From the NCBI GenBank assembly GCA_021513715.1, contig CP084167.1, positions 192,001 to 256,000 on the forward strand: DNA of 64,000 bases, written 5' to 3'. The notes under the pieces are model-generated. The model made no database searches. It had not been told where the DNA came from and worked only from the letters and a program-made list of their open reading frames with translations. Source of the stretch: Candidatus Heimdallarchaeum endolithica (GTDB lineage Archaea; Asgardarchaeota; Heimdallarchaeia; Heimdallarchaeales; Heimdallarchaeaceae). The first letter of the stretch is position 1. The number at the start of each line of letters is the position of its first letter. Below, piece by piece: positions 28,980-39,523 of the stretch. The translations under genes were made by a program, and so were the position numbers.

Positions 28980-29121
28980 ATACTAAATAAAAAACAATAT
29001 TCCTTTTAACAACTTCACCATCATCTTAATTTTTATTCATAATATCCACGTTTTTCTCAAAGATTGTTAGGAAAAAAGTGAATAATCTAAATTTCTATGA
29101 TTTATTTCTCAAAAACCTTTT

Positions 29122-31206
29122 CTAAATATGAACAGCTCCTTCGTATAACATCAAGTTTTCTCCAAAAACATTTTTAACTTCTTCATTAATTTTTAATGCT
29201 ATTTTAGGGTTTAATTCTCCAATATATTGTTGAGGAAGTTCGATATCTTGTAGATTTTGAGTTAGTCGATGAATTTTTCTTCTTAAAATAAAACTATCTT
29301 TTGAAGATAAAATAATTACACTAAAGTTTCTTTTAGGACTATGCTCCATTATTATCTTATTGTTTCCATAACTAATGATCATTACTTTACTTTGCATTGG
29401 ATTAGAGAATAACTCTTCTATCATATCTTTTACTGCAACGATAAAACCTCCAAACATCAATTCATCTCTAAATTGGCTGGATCTTTTGATTGTATAGTTC
29501 AGTAGAGGGATTCCTGAAGGATGAACTATTAAAAGTGCTAATATCGAAGTTCTTAATTCTTTTTCATACTCTGATAATTGTCTAATGCTAATACTTTCCA
29601 TTTCTTTTATTTCAAATTGGAAAGTTTCCTTTTGAAATGATGTTTCTGTTTTATCTCTTGAAAAAAGTTCTTCAAGTTCATTTATTCTATTTTCTATTAA
29701 ATGGTAATATTTATCCTTCTTTCTTTCTTTTTTAGTTAAATTTAAGCGATCTTTTGCTTTTTGTAGAATATTAAAAGAATTAGTATATTTTCCTTTTAAT
29801 GCGTATATTTTTGAAAGAACCAAGAGGATTATTACATGTTCTATTGTCTTATTTAACTCTTCATAGAATGGTTCTAAATCAGTTATGTATTGTTTTGCTT
29901 TTTCTAAGTATTCTTCTTCTTGAAAAGAATCATATTGCTTTAAATTTACCAAAGATAGTTGAAGAAGTATTTTTGCAGAGAAAAATCCTGTTCCTCTTGT
30001 ATCACTTATAGACAATGCTTTCTCCAGGTATTCACTTGCTTTTCCATAATTCATATTATCAATTTCTAAAAGAGCACTAAAGAGATTGTAATAACCGTGA
30101 ATGAATCCTTCTTTCTTTTTATTAGTTTCTTGAAGAAAATTCATTATTATTTTCATTTTTTCTTTGTTGCCCAGAAAATAATAGAGTTCACCTAAAGAGC
30201 AATAAACCTGTAGTTCATGTGCGTTAATTTGTTCTAATATACTAACAGATTCTTCATATAATTCTAAGGCTGATTGAAAATCTCCTTTAGCTATAGCAAT
30301 TTCTCCTAGAGAAAAATGTATTAAAGATTGATTCTTATAATCACCTACTTCCAAAAAAATCGAGAGTGATTCTTTTAGCAACTTCTCAGCTTTATCTAGC
30401 TCATATCTAATTGTGCAAATTGTTGCCAGATTTGCTTTTGCTGCAGCTATACCTCTTTTAGCTCCTACAGCTTTATAGTATTTTATTGCTTCACTTATAA
30501 ACTCAAATGAATCAGAGATTCGTCCTACATATCTGTAAATTACTCCTCGTATATTATACAACCTTCCAAGATGATAACGATCTCCTAGTTCCTTTGCAAT
30601 CTGAAAAGCTACATCAATTTTGTTTTCAAGTTTTAAAAGAGGTGCAGATATTCTCTCTTTCCAAATGTCAATAGCATGAGCAAAAAGAAGGAGGTCATTT
30701 ATAACGAACTTTTCTTTATCTAAATCCTTATGAAAAATGATTGATTCATGATAAAGTTCTTGCATATAATGCCTATATTGATTTTCACTTTCCATATTTG
30801 CATATGCATTAGCTAATAGAGAATAGCAATGCAACCTAACTATTTTTTCTTCAGGATTCTTGTTTAGTATTTTCAAAGCAATATTAATTACTTTATCATT
30901 TTCTGTTCTTCTTATTAGAGCGTTCCCCCACCATAACTCAATACTTTCGCTCTGATACTTATCAAGAAGTTCTTCAAGAAGATTATAATTACTAGAAATG
31001 AATAGAACTTTGCCTAGTGAATATAAGAAATAAAGTGAAGGAGAAGAGAGATTATCTAAAACTTCCAAAAGAATATCTTTCAATACATCCATTGAAGTTT
31101 TTTTATTTACTTTTGATGAATAATTATTTATCATATCCTGTTCTTCTCTGGTGAAAAGAGGAATATAATGACTATATTCCCTAGGAAAACTGTATGCTAC
31201 TGACAT
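29122..31206 (-). CDS. TPR-repeat protein with C-terminal longin-like domain
   Basis: TPR motifs (YNIRGVIYRYVG, HFSLGEIAIAKGDFQSALELY); C-terminus LLIVHPSGIPL...DELMFGGFIVAV...SYGNNKIIME. Confidence 0.75.
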   Translation of the reverse strand: MSVAYSFPREYSHYIPLFTREEQDMINNYSSKVNKKTSMDVLKDILLEVLDNLSSPSLYFLYSLGKVLFISSNYNLLEELLDKYQSESIELWWGNALIRRTENDKVINIALKILNKNPEEKIVRLHCYSLLANAYANMESENQYRHYMQELYHESIIFHKDLDKEKFVINDLLLFAHAIDIWKERISAPLLKLENKIDVAFQIAKELGDRYHLGRLYNIRGVIYRYVGRISDSFEFISEAIKYYKAVGAKRGIAAAKANLATICTIRYELDKAEKLLKESLSIFLEVGDYKNQSLIHFSLGEIAIAKGDFQSALELYEESVSILEQINAHELQVYCSLGELYYFLGNKEKMKIIMNFLQETNKKKEGFIHGYYNLFSALLEIDNMNYGKASEYLEKALSISDTRGTGFFSAKILLQLSLVNLKQYDSFQEEEYLEKAKQYITDLEPFYEELNKTIEHVIILLVLSKIYALKGKYTNSFNILQKAKDRLNLTKKERKKDKYYHLIENRINELEELFSRDKTETSFQKETFQFEIKEMESISIRQLSEYEKELRTSILALLIVHPSGIPLLNYTIKRSSQFRDELMFGGFIVAVKDMIEELFSNPMQSKVMIISYGNNKIIMEHSPKRNFSVIILSSKDSFILRRKIHRLTQNLQDIELPQQYIGELNPKIALKINEEVKNVFGENLMLYEGAVHI

Positions 31207-31287
31207 TCTTATTTACATTATATTAACTAATCTTAAAAATATTATCTTGTTGCGTCTACAAGAAAAAGTGTTCAAGAGTATTAGTAA

Positions 31288-33351
31288 TTAATTTTTTTTG
31301 ACTTTAAACAGTTTCTCAACAAATGAATCAATATCTCTTAAAGCAAGTTCATCAATTTTACCGAAATATTTTTCTTTAAACAAGCTTTTTGAAGCTACAA
31401 AATTAACTAATTGATGCATCTTCCTACGTAATAAGAAACTATCTCTAACTGTAAGAATTACAATTGAAAACAAATTTTTGTAAAACTCAATCAAAAGTTT
31501 ATACTGCCCATGATCAACACTTAAAGACTTTGATTCTTGTGAATAGAATAATTCATCAAGTAAATGTCTTATTGCTGAAACAAAACCACCAAAAATCATA
31601 TCGTCACTTATATATAACTCTTCAGAGCGATAGGTTCGAATAGGGATACCGCTTGAATGAAAGATTAATACAGCTATTGTTATACTTTCAATAGGAGAAC
31701 CTAGTTTTTTAGTTTGTCTAATAAGAATTTGAAAAATTGTATCGATATCTTCCTTAAAATCAATATAAGCAGTTTCTGTTTCAGCAATAGTCTCTGAATT
31801 TAAACATTTACTAATCTCTGTTATATTTTCTTCATATTTATTAATAAGTTCTGGAAAATACTGTCTAGCTATATTCTCTCCAGTTTTCAATAAAAATAAA
31901 GAAGTTTCAAAGTCTAAAAGTATTTTTCTTATTTTAGCTCGAATTAAATATATCTGAGCAAGTTCTTTGAATTTCGCCTTTTCTTCTAAAAATGTGATTA
32001 TATCTTCTATACACTTGTCTGCTTCTATTACATCTTCCACTTTTGAAGCTAGATTATACTTCAAAAGAAGCAAAATTAATAGCAATACTAATGATTTTGA
32101 ACTTGTCCATTCATCACCTGTTCTATCTGCAATTCCAATTGCTTCATAAAGAAAAGACTGTGCTTTACCAAAGTTTTTTTTCAAAAATTCAATGAAACCT
32201 TTTAAATACAAATAAAAACTCTTATTTTGCGAATATAGATTATTATCTTTATTTTGAAAACTTGAAACAAGTAAAGATTCTGCTTTATTTACCTTTTTTA
32301 GATTTAAGAGATATTCAATATACTTGAGTTTTATTTGAAAAGAAAAACTATTTTCTACTTTAAAAAAGGAAAGTGATTCATCAAGCAAATCAAGGGATTT
32401 TTGAAACTTTTCATTAACAAAATAGTAATCAGCAAGCTTTGAAAGCAAGATACCTTGCAACGAAGAACTATAAGAAGCATATTTTCTTAAAAGGTTTAAT
32501 GATTTATCATAAAACAACTTTGCATCTTTAACATGTCCCATTTGAAGATAAAGATCTCCAATTTCAGAATTAACTTGAATAGCAAACCTTACTTCTTTTA
32601 ACATATCTGCAAGTGCAAGAGAACGCAAAAACAGATGTTGAGCTGTTGAAAAATTGTTTTTTCTTAATGCAATTAATGCAGACAGTCTAAGTTCCATTGA
32701 TTCTAAAATTCTATCTTCTAGTGTTCCTATAATTTCAGAAGTGTGAATAAGAAGATCTTTAGCATAAGAGATATGATTTTGTAGAAAATTTAAACTGATT
32801 TCAATAATTAAAATATAAGAATAAAAAAGTTTGAATAGAACTTTATGTTTTTCTCTATTTTCAATATCTTCAACAAGGAAACTATTAACTATAACATCTT
32901 TAGTTTCTCGAATATTGAATTCTTTTCCTGAATAAATATAATAAATAAGTTCAACACTAGTTAACAGTAGTTTCAATAAAGGATAGTTTGTTTTTTCTCT
33001 TAATTGATTCAATAAATTTTTATCTTTTCTAATGTCATCAGTGCTAGCAAGTTTTAGAAAAGCATACCATAAACCTATTTCAGCTGAATCAGTCTGTTTA
33101 TAGATCGTTTCTAGATTTTGTATATCTGATGTGTGGTATAATAGCCTACCTAGCGCAAGCATAAAATAAGAAGTGTGGTTATTTTCTTTACTAAAGATAT
33201 TAAGCAATAATGCTCTTATATCGTTTAGACTAGACATTTGGTTCAAAGAAGATAGTTTTTGAAATTGCTCTTTCTCATTATCATTAAATAACTTATAGAA
33301 TGGGAGTATTTCTTTGGGTATCTTTACATCTTGATTCAATATATGAGACAA
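31288..33351 (-). CDS. TPR-repeat protein with C-terminal longin-like domain (paralog of 29122-31206)
   Basis: TPR motifs (EIGDLYLQMGHVKDAKLFY); C-terminus VLIFHSSGIPI...DDMIFGGFVSAI...DHGQYKLLIE...DSFLLRRKMH. Confidence 0.75.
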   Translation of the reverse strand: MSHILNQDVKIPKEILPFYKLFNDNEKEQFQKLSSLNQMSSLNDIRALLLNIFSKENNHTSYFMLALGRLLYHTSDIQNLETIYKQTDSAEIGLWYAFLKLASTDDIRKDKNLLNQLREKTNYPLLKLLLTSVELIYYIYSGKEFNIRETKDVIVNSFLVEDIENREKHKVLFKLFYSYILIIEISLNFLQNHISYAKDLLIHTSEIIGTLEDRILESMELRLSALIALRKNNFSTAQHLFLRSLALADMLKEVRFAIQVNSEIGDLYLQMGHVKDAKLFYDKSLNLLRKYASYSSSLQGILLSKLADYYFVNEKFQKSLDLLDESLSFFKVENSFSFQIKLKYIEYLLNLKKVNKAESLLVSSFQNKDNNLYSQNKSFYLYLKGFIEFLKKNFGKAQSFLYEAIGIADRTGDEWTSSKSLVLLLILLLLKYNLASKVEDVIEADKCIEDIITFLEEKAKFKELAQIYLIRAKIRKILLDFETSLFLLKTGENIARQYFPELINKYEENITEISKCLNSETIAETETAYIDFKEDIDTIFQILIRQTKKLGSPIESITIAVLIFHSSGIPIRTYRSEELYISDDMIFGGFVSAIRHLLDELFYSQESKSLSVDHGQYKLLIEFYKNLFSIVILTVRDSFLLRRKMHQLVNFVASKSLFKEKYFGKIDELALRDIDSFVEKLFKVKKN

Positions 33352-33433
33352 ACATAAATAAAAAATAAAAAGATATCTGTAGTTTTTAGTATTTAAGAGA
33401 ATTTTTTTATCTTATAAATTTAAAAGAAAAATA

Positions 33434-35425
33434 ATGGAGATTAGAGGAGAAAATATATTTATTAATATTTTAAGAAAAATTAATAACCACAAAATTACAA
33501 TTAATGAATTAAAATCGATTCTATTGAAATTTTACTTTATTTTTCATTCCTCTTTATATTCTTCAAAACAAATTAATAAAGAAACATCGTTAATAGAACT
33601 AATCAATTTAAGTCAAGATGATAAGCTTATACTTATTTCACTAGAGAAATTTGCTGTTCTAAAAAAAGAGTTTCCATTTAGTGTTTTTGAACAGATAGAA
33701 AATATAGTAAAAACACAGAGTGAAATTGAAATATTACAACTAATCCAAGAAAAAGCAAGATTAACAGGACAATATTTTACCAACAAGCATTTAGTGAAAA
33801 GGGTCTATAAATTATTGGACTTTTTTAACAAATCCTCTACAAAAACTAGGACAGTTATTGATATTTCCTCAGGAATAGGTGATTTTCTCTATCCAGCTTT
33901 TGAAGACCCATCTACTATTCCTTTTTCAGTAGAACTCGATCCAATTATTTTTGAGTTTCAAGTTTTTAAACTATTTTTTACATTACAGGATTATAGAAAA
34001 AGAAAATTACTACCTTTAATCACAATAAATGGAGACAGTATTTTTGGTTACAATGAAATTTTGATAAAGCAAATGTTAGAAAAAAAAGATACAAGTTTTT
34101 TGAAACTTTTATCTGAATTAAGAGAAAAAAGACAAGAAGCGATTTTTAGTAAGAAAGAACTTTCTTTTCAAATTATTAAAGAATGTTTAGAAAAAAGAAT
34201 TGAACTCTCAAAAAGGTATCCTTCCTTATCTAATTTTAATTTTTATATTTACTTCCCAGAGATTTTTTTTAATGAATCTCTTAAACTTCAGAAAAATTCT
34301 TTTGACTTTGTTATTGGAAATCCTCCATGGATAGAACACAAGAGAATCAATTATAAATATAAAGAATTCATGAGAAGAGAACCTTACAAAAGTAAAATCT
34401 TTGGAAAATATAATTTTGCCTTACCTTTTTTGATAATTGCAGAGAATCTATCCAAAGACAAAGTGGGGTTAGTATTACCTTTTGGAATCTTAACTGATTC
34501 TTATGGTAAAAAGTGGAGAAAACACCTTAGAGATTGTAGATACAATGTTGAAATTTACGCTGATTTAGACCATTCTTTTGATAATGTTTCAAATGAATTC
34601 TTCATGTTAATAATGCATTTTAAGAATAAATGCGATTATATCAAATTTTGTAAAGAAAAAGAAAAACATGAACTCAGAATAAATCATAATTTCATTTTCC
34701 CACCACTTTTCTTACTTTCTAATTTTTGTCCTGAAAATCAATGTGAAATCAGATCTCTCTTAGAAATTTTTCCTAAGTTAAGAGAGTATGCATTCATAAG
34801 AAGAGGATTAACGATAACAAAGAAATATAATGAAACATATAATAAAGAAAACAAATATTCAAATGAAATTAAATCTGTAGAAATAGTAAGACACAATATC
34901 TTTTCAAAGAATTACAAAGAAGGAGTTATAAATTTTGAAGTTTTTCCAGGAAAAGAAAAAATAGTTTATGACAAGAAAGTACTAGGCGCACCAGGAGATT
35001 TTCAAATATTTGAAAAACCAAAAATAGTTCGTAGGAATAGAGGAAAAAAGCATTTTATTGGTTTGGACTTAAAAGGTTACTATGTAAATGACATTTTTGA
35101 TATCATAATTCCTGATGAATATATAGATCTTTATGGCTTATTTGGTTATCTTTCTTCTTCATTTGTTCAATTTCTAGTAGAAAACTTTATTGTAAGAGAT
35201 ATAACTTCAAATCTTTTTAGAGAGTTACCTATTCCTTATCCTTCTTCTGATATCTGGGTAAAAATGAAAATTATTACAGAAAAATGGGTTAAATCAAATA
35301 AAGATTTTATTCAAGCTAAGATTTTTAGAAATAGTATTGATAAAGAAGTTTTTGATTATTTTAGATTATCACAAAAATTAACAAAAAAATGCTTTGAAAA
35401 AACTTCTCTTTATTGGATTGAATAA
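33434..35425 (+). CDS. N6-adenine DNA methyltransferase (Eco57I/TaqI-like gamma class with C-terminal target-recognition domain)
   Basis: GQYFT, DISSGIGDFL (motif I), FDFVIGNPPW (motif IV). Confidence 0.85.
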   Translation: MEIRGENIFINILRKINNHKITINELKSILLKFYFIFHSSLYSSKQINKETSLIELINLSQDDKLILISLEKFAVLKKEFPFSVFEQIENIVKTQSEIEILQLIQEKARLTGQYFTNKHLVKRVYKLLDFFNKSSTKTRTVIDISSGIGDFLYPAFEDPSTIPFSVELDPIIFEFQVFKLFFTLQDYRKRKLLPLITINGDSIFGYNEILIKQMLEKKDTSFLKLLSELREKRQEAIFSKKELSFQIIKECLEKRIELSKRYPSLSNFNFYIYFPEIFFNESLKLQKNSFDFVIGNPPWIEHKRINYKYKEFMRREPYKSKIFGKYNFALPFLIIAENLSKDKVGLVLPFGILTDSYGKKWRKHLRDCRYNVEIYADLDHSFDNVSNEFFMLIMHFKNKCDYIKFCKEKEKHELRINHNFIFPPLFLLSNFCPENQCEIRSLLEIFPKLREYAFIRRGLTITKKYNETYNKENKYSNEIKSVEIVRHNIFSKNYKEGVINFEVFPGKEKIVYDKKVLGAPGDFQIFEKPKIVRRNRGKKHFIGLDLKGYYVNDIFDIIIPDEYIDLYGLFGYLSSSFVQFLVENFIVRDITSNLFRELPIPYPSSDIWVKMKIITEKWVKSNKDFIQAKIFRNSIDKEVFDYFRLSQKLTKKCFEKTSLYWIE

Positions 35426-35465
35426 TAGGGTTAAACAACAGAAACAATAGAGGAATATTAATAAT

Positions 35466-35657
35466 TTAATCATCGATTCTTTCAAAAATGGTTTCCAATT
35501 CTTCTTGATCTTCTACCATTCTTTCTTGAATGAGAAATTCACTAAGAGCGTCTACTATTAGCTCTGTTCGATTTTTATAATTCCCCTTCTCCATCATTTC
35601 TGCTATCCATTTCATCATAGCTTCTGTCACTTTAAATGTAATCAGCTTTTTTTTCAT
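35466..35657 (-). CDS. Ribbon-helix-helix (CopG/ParD-like) regulator
   Basis: LITFKV...GNYKNRTELIVDAL. Confidence 0.85.
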   Translation of the reverse strand: MKKKLITFKVTEAMMKWIAEMMEKGNYKNRTELIVDALSEFLIQERMVEDQEELETIFERIDD

Positions 35658-35677
35658 CTTAACCCCATATTCAATCT

Positions 35678-35704
35678 TAGATATCTACTATATCACAATT
35701 GTGA
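35678..35704. promoter_or_regulatory. Palindromes upstream of the RHH gene (possible autoregulatory operator)
   Basis: TAGATATCTA (35678-87) and TCACAATTGTGA (35693-704). Confidence 0.4.
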
Positions 35705-35828
35705 ATAGAAATAAATATGTTTTTGTCGTGAAGGAAATAGTATTAGCGCGGTATTACGAAAATTAATAAATAAAAAAATTATACAAAAGAATATTTTTTT
35801 TTGCGATTTTTTAAGATATTAAAATATC

Positions 35829-36944
35829 TTAATAATCTTCTTCATCTTTTAACGCTCTTGTTTTCCAACTAGAGTATTTGCTCATTATTTCTTCAAGATT
35901 TGAAGAAATACTTCTTGCCAAATCTGCCGCTTTAATTCTTTCTGCTTCATCTTTTTTATCATTATTAGAAGTTTGAATAATTGGTCTGGATTTGCTTTTT
36001 TCTATTTCTTTAACTATTTCCTCTTCTTTCTGTTCTTCAATTTTATTAAGCCATTTTTGGAAACGATTTAGTTCTTCTAGCTCTGAGCGATGATCTCTTA
36101 TCATTTGATATATCTCATTCCTTATTGGTCTAGAAGTATCCCAAATCATCTGCCAAAGCAAATCAGATTGGTATTCAGTTAATTTGTGGCCCATTCTTTT
36201 TCCTATCCAGTCAGCAAATTTCCAGAATTTCTCTGCTAAAATATCAGCTATTTTTTTTGATGCAGTTTTCTCATCATAGTTAATGCTTAACACAGTTTGT
36301 ACTCCTTCCAATTCTCTTACCACATATTTTCTAATGTAATCATATAAACGGGGAAAAGATTCAAGTTCTTCTTTTTCTTGAATTTGCTTATGTTCTGGAG
36401 TCTTTTCATCCACTTCAGCTTTTTTTGTTCTTATTTTTTGAACTAATTCATCTACAGAACTATAACCATTTTTCTTTGCTATCATTGCTAATGCAGAATT
36501 TATAGAATAAAGAAGGGTAGTTGGGTGTTCTAATTTTGATTCTTTGAGTAATTCTTCAACAGGTAGTTCTGAACCTATATTTCCTAAGGATAAAGCTGCT
36601 CTACTCTTTACTCTTACACTTGGGTCTTTTTTTAAGGAAACAAGTAAAGTTGTGATTGCTTGAGGAGAAGTAAACCTACCTAAAGCTCTAGCAGCAGCAA
36701 GTCTTATATCTTCATCGTCGTCCATCAAACAATAGATTAGTATCTCGATTGCTCTATGGTCTCCAATATCTGAAAGAGCAACAATAGCAGTGATTCTATT
36801 TTCTTTTATTTCTTGTTGAACACATTTAATTAGAGGTTCAACTCCTCTTTCATCCTTTAGTTCTCCAAGAGTAAGTATCGCATCTCTTCTAACTATTTGA
36901 TCAGAATCTTCTATTTGCTTGAGAACTTTTTTAATATTAACCAT
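35829..36944 (-). CDS. HEAT-repeat (PBS-lyase-like) protein
   Basis: VRRDAILTLGEL, IRLAAARALGRF, VKSRAALSLGNI repeats. Confidence 0.85.
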   Translation of the reverse strand: MVNIKKVLKQIEDSDQIVRRDAILTLGELKDERGVEPLIKCVQQEIKENRITAIVALSDIGDHRAIEILIYCLMDDDEDIRLAAARALGRFTSPQAITTLLVSLKKDPSVRVKSRAALSLGNIGSELPVEELLKESKLEHPTTLLYSINSALAMIAKKNGYSSVDELVQKIRTKKAEVDEKTPEHKQIQEKEELESFPRLYDYIRKYVVRELEGVQTVLSINYDEKTASKKIADILAEKFWKFADWIGKRMGHKLTEYQSDLLWQMIWDTSRPIRNEIYQMIRDHRSELEELNRFQKWLNKIEEQKEEEIVKEIEKSKSRPIIQTSNNDKKDEAERIKAADLARSISSNLEEIMSKYSSWKTRALKDEEDY

Positions 36945-37073
36945 ATCATTATGTTTTAATTTTTTAAATATTTTAATCTATTGTTTTCCTTTGTTACTTT
37001 ACAGCAAAATAAAATGTAAAAAGATTTTTCAATAAAGGGAAAGTCTAAAAATATGAAAAAATAAGTAAATCTA

Positions 37074-38039
37074 ATGAGTGCAAATACTAACATTATTCCT
37101 CCTAAATTAAAAGAGAAACTAGAAAAACAGCAATATAGAATAGCTGGAAATCACTCTGCAGTAAAAATATGTACATGGTTAAAGCATGCATTAAAGGGAG
37201 AAGGTTTTTGCTATAAACAGCAATTTTATGGTATAGCTTCTCATCGTTGTTTGCAGTGTACTCCTGCAACAATTTGGTGTAATCTAAAATGTATATTTTG
37301 TTGGAGAAGCGCATCATGGTACAATAAAGAGTTAATGAGAGGAAAAGTTGACAAACCAGAATACATTATTAATCAAATGATAGAACACCAAAGAAGATTA
37401 ATTTCAGGTTTCAAGAATCATCCAAAAGTTGATCCTAAACTATACGAAGAAGCTTACAACCCAAAACATGCAGCAATTTCTTTAAGTGGAGAACCAACTT
37501 TTTACCCCTTATTACCTGAATTAATCCAAGAGTTCCATGACCGTGATATGACGACTTTTCTGGTAACTAATGGTACTAATCCTGAAATGTTAAAAAAACT
37601 CGACCCTCTTCCAACTCAACTTTATGTTACTCTAATAGCCCCAACCGAAGATAGTTTTAAAAAAACAGCTCGTCCTTCTTTTTCAAAGTTATGGAATAAA
37701 GTAATGGAAACAATCGAACTTCTTCCTTCACTTGATACTAGAAAAGTTGTTAGATTAACTCTAGTAGATGAAAACTATAACATGGTAGAACCAAAAGCTT
37801 TTGCAGACTTATTTTTGAAATCAGAAGCACATTTTCTAGAAGTAAAGGGTTTTATGAGTGTGGGAGACGCTAGAAAAAGACTTCCTTACGAAATCATGCC
37901 TAGATTTCCAAAAATATATGAATTTGCAAAGAAAATTATAGAAAATACAGAACTATCTATTATTGATACAAAAGAAGATTCAGCAGTAACATTAATAGCA
38001 AAAAAAGATTATAGCTGGAGAAAAAATTTAGGAAAATAG
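37074..38039 (+). CDS. taw1: tRNA 4-demethylwyosine synthase (radical SAM)
   Basis: HSAVKICTW, CYKQQFYGIASHRCLQ, CNLKCIFCWR, AISLSGEPT, TFLVTNG, EVKGFM. Confidence 0.95.
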   Translation: MSANTNIIPPKLKEKLEKQQYRIAGNHSAVKICTWLKHALKGEGFCYKQQFYGIASHRCLQCTPATIWCNLKCIFCWRSASWYNKELMRGKVDKPEYIINQMIEHQRRLISGFKNHPKVDPKLYEEAYNPKHAAISLSGEPTFYPLLPELIQEFHDRDMTTFLVTNGTNPEMLKKLDPLPTQLYVTLIAPTEDSFKKTARPSFSKLWNKVMETIELLPSLDTRKVVRLTLVDENYNMVEPKAFADLFLKSEAHFLEVKGFMSVGDARKRLPYEIMPRFPKIYEFAKKIIENTELSIIDTKEDSAVTLIAKKDYSWRKNLGK

Positions 38040-38047
38040 GTAATTCT

Positions 38048-38503
38048 TTACCTATCCAAAAGTGATTTCACAGATATTTGATCTAAGAAACCATGACGAG
38101 ACTTATCGCTAATCCAGTTTTGGGCAGCAAAATCACTAGTGAATACTTCGCATTTAGTTTTAATGTCTTTATTCTTTATCTTAAATTTCTTTTTTCCAAG
38201 AAAAGCAATGTTAGTAATTATTTCCCCTCTCTCTGCAAGTTTATCAGCAATAACTGCAGAAACATTATTAGCTGTATTTTTATCATAACTTGATAAATCA
38301 ATTAAGTAGAATAATCGTTTTTGAGTATTCCCTATCTGTTCATCCAGACATCTATCTAATTCATCAACCATCTTGTCATTAAATTCGCCTTCAAACTTCA
38401 TTCTAACTATAACTTGAGATAGATATTGTACATGAATAGTCATATGTAAACCTCTCAACAATAACTGTTTAGAAGAAAATCCACAAAAGCATTTAAAAAG
38501 CAT
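38048..38503 (-). CDS. STAS/SpoIIAA-like small protein (likely start MTIHVQ at 38443)
   Basis: MKFEGEF...YLIDLS...IAFLG...VFTSDFAAQNWI pattern. Confidence 0.6.
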   Translation of the reverse strand: MLFKCFCGFSSKQLLLRGLHMTIHVQYLSQVIVRMKFEGEFNDKMVDELDRCLDEQIGNTQKRLFYLIDLSSYDKNTANNVSAVIADKLAERGEIITNIAFLGKKKFKIKNKDIKTKCEVFTSDFAAQNWISDKSRHGFLDQISVKSLLDR

Positions 38504-38514
38504 TTGATTAGAAC

Positions 38515-39039
38515 ATGATTAACAAAATGAATGAAATGGAAAACGATTATAAAAAGGAGAAAAAAAGTTTAAATCCTCAAATAAAAAGAAGATTCATAAG
38601 ATTCTCTATAGTTAGTCTAGGTGGTTTAGCTATTAATGAACTTATTATTTTTATTATGCTTAAAATACTTAATCAAATCGCAGAAGAAGATTTATTATTC
38701 ACAATAGGAAAAATAAAAATAGAAAAAATTATCATTTCAACTTTTCTTGCAATAATAATAGTAACAATTTACAATTTTGTTCTAAATAAAATATGGACTT
38801 TTAAAGAAAAAGAAGAAGGAATTGAAGTAAATGTTTTTACTCAATTTATCAAATTTAGTATAGTAGGAGCTTCAGGAACTCTAGTAAACTTAGGTGTAGT
38901 TTATTTATTGGCAACAATAATGAATATTAATGAATATGTATCTACAAGTATTGCATTCATACTATCAGTAATAAATAACTACATTTTTAATGAAATATGG
39001 ACTTTTAATGTAAAAAATAAAAATATGAGAAAGATTTGA
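38515..39039 (+). CDS. GtrA-family membrane protein (duplicated GtrA unit)
   Basis: RFSIVSLGG...NFVLNKIWTF and KFSIVGASG...NYIFNEIWTF. Confidence 0.9.
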   Translation: MINKMNEMENDYKKEKKSLNPQIKRRFIRFSIVSLGGLAINELIIFIMLKILNQIAEEDLLFTIGKIKIEKIIISTFLAIIIVTIYNFVLNKIWTFKEKEEGIEVNVFTQFIKFSIVGASGTLVNLGVVYLLATIMNINEYVSTSIAFILSVINNYIFNEIWTFNVKNKNMRKI

Positions 39040-39159
39040 ATATATTGTTTTAGACATCTTTAACTAGAAGATAATTCATTTTTTAGCCATTTCTTTTAAA
39101 AAATACTTTTATAGTTATAAACGCATAATTAACTAGTTTATTTTCTGGAAGTGAATATT

Positions 39160-39440
39160 TTGAAAAATAAACTAAAAATTTTATTTTTTTTATATTTATA
39201 ATAAGTACAAGTAGTTTTCTTATTATAAAAAATGACACTATAGAAATCAAAAAATCAATTTTAACTAAAACAGAAGAAAAAATAAAACTTTCTTCCTTAC
39301 TTACTGATCATTCACCAATAGAAATAACCTCAAACAGCGATTTTAGTTCTTTTTCTGGTTCAGGAACAAAAAATGACCCTTAAATCATCGAAGGATATAA
39401 TATTACAACGACTAAAAAATACGCAATTTATGTTCATGAA
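39160..39440 (+). pseudogene. Relic N-terminus of a secreted right-handed beta-helix (NosD/CASH-like) surface protein
   Basis: Signal-peptide-like start frameshifted in a T8 tract (39184-91), then LTDHSPIEITSNSDFSSFSGSGTKNDP*IIEGYNITT; TAA at 39381 replaces the Tyr of the usual GSGT..DPYII motif; the rest of the gene is missing. Confidence 0.7.
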
Positions 39441-39523
39441 TTTCAAGAGTGTAGAGATGTAGCAGTACAACTTTATGAACAAGGATATAACAAAAAAAAC
39501 TTGAAAGAGATATTTACTGAATT

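Noticed and set aside
39381-39383. Stop-codon recoding in the beta-helix relic
   Set aside because: TAA is a normal stop throughout the window, and the locus also has a frameshift and truncation.
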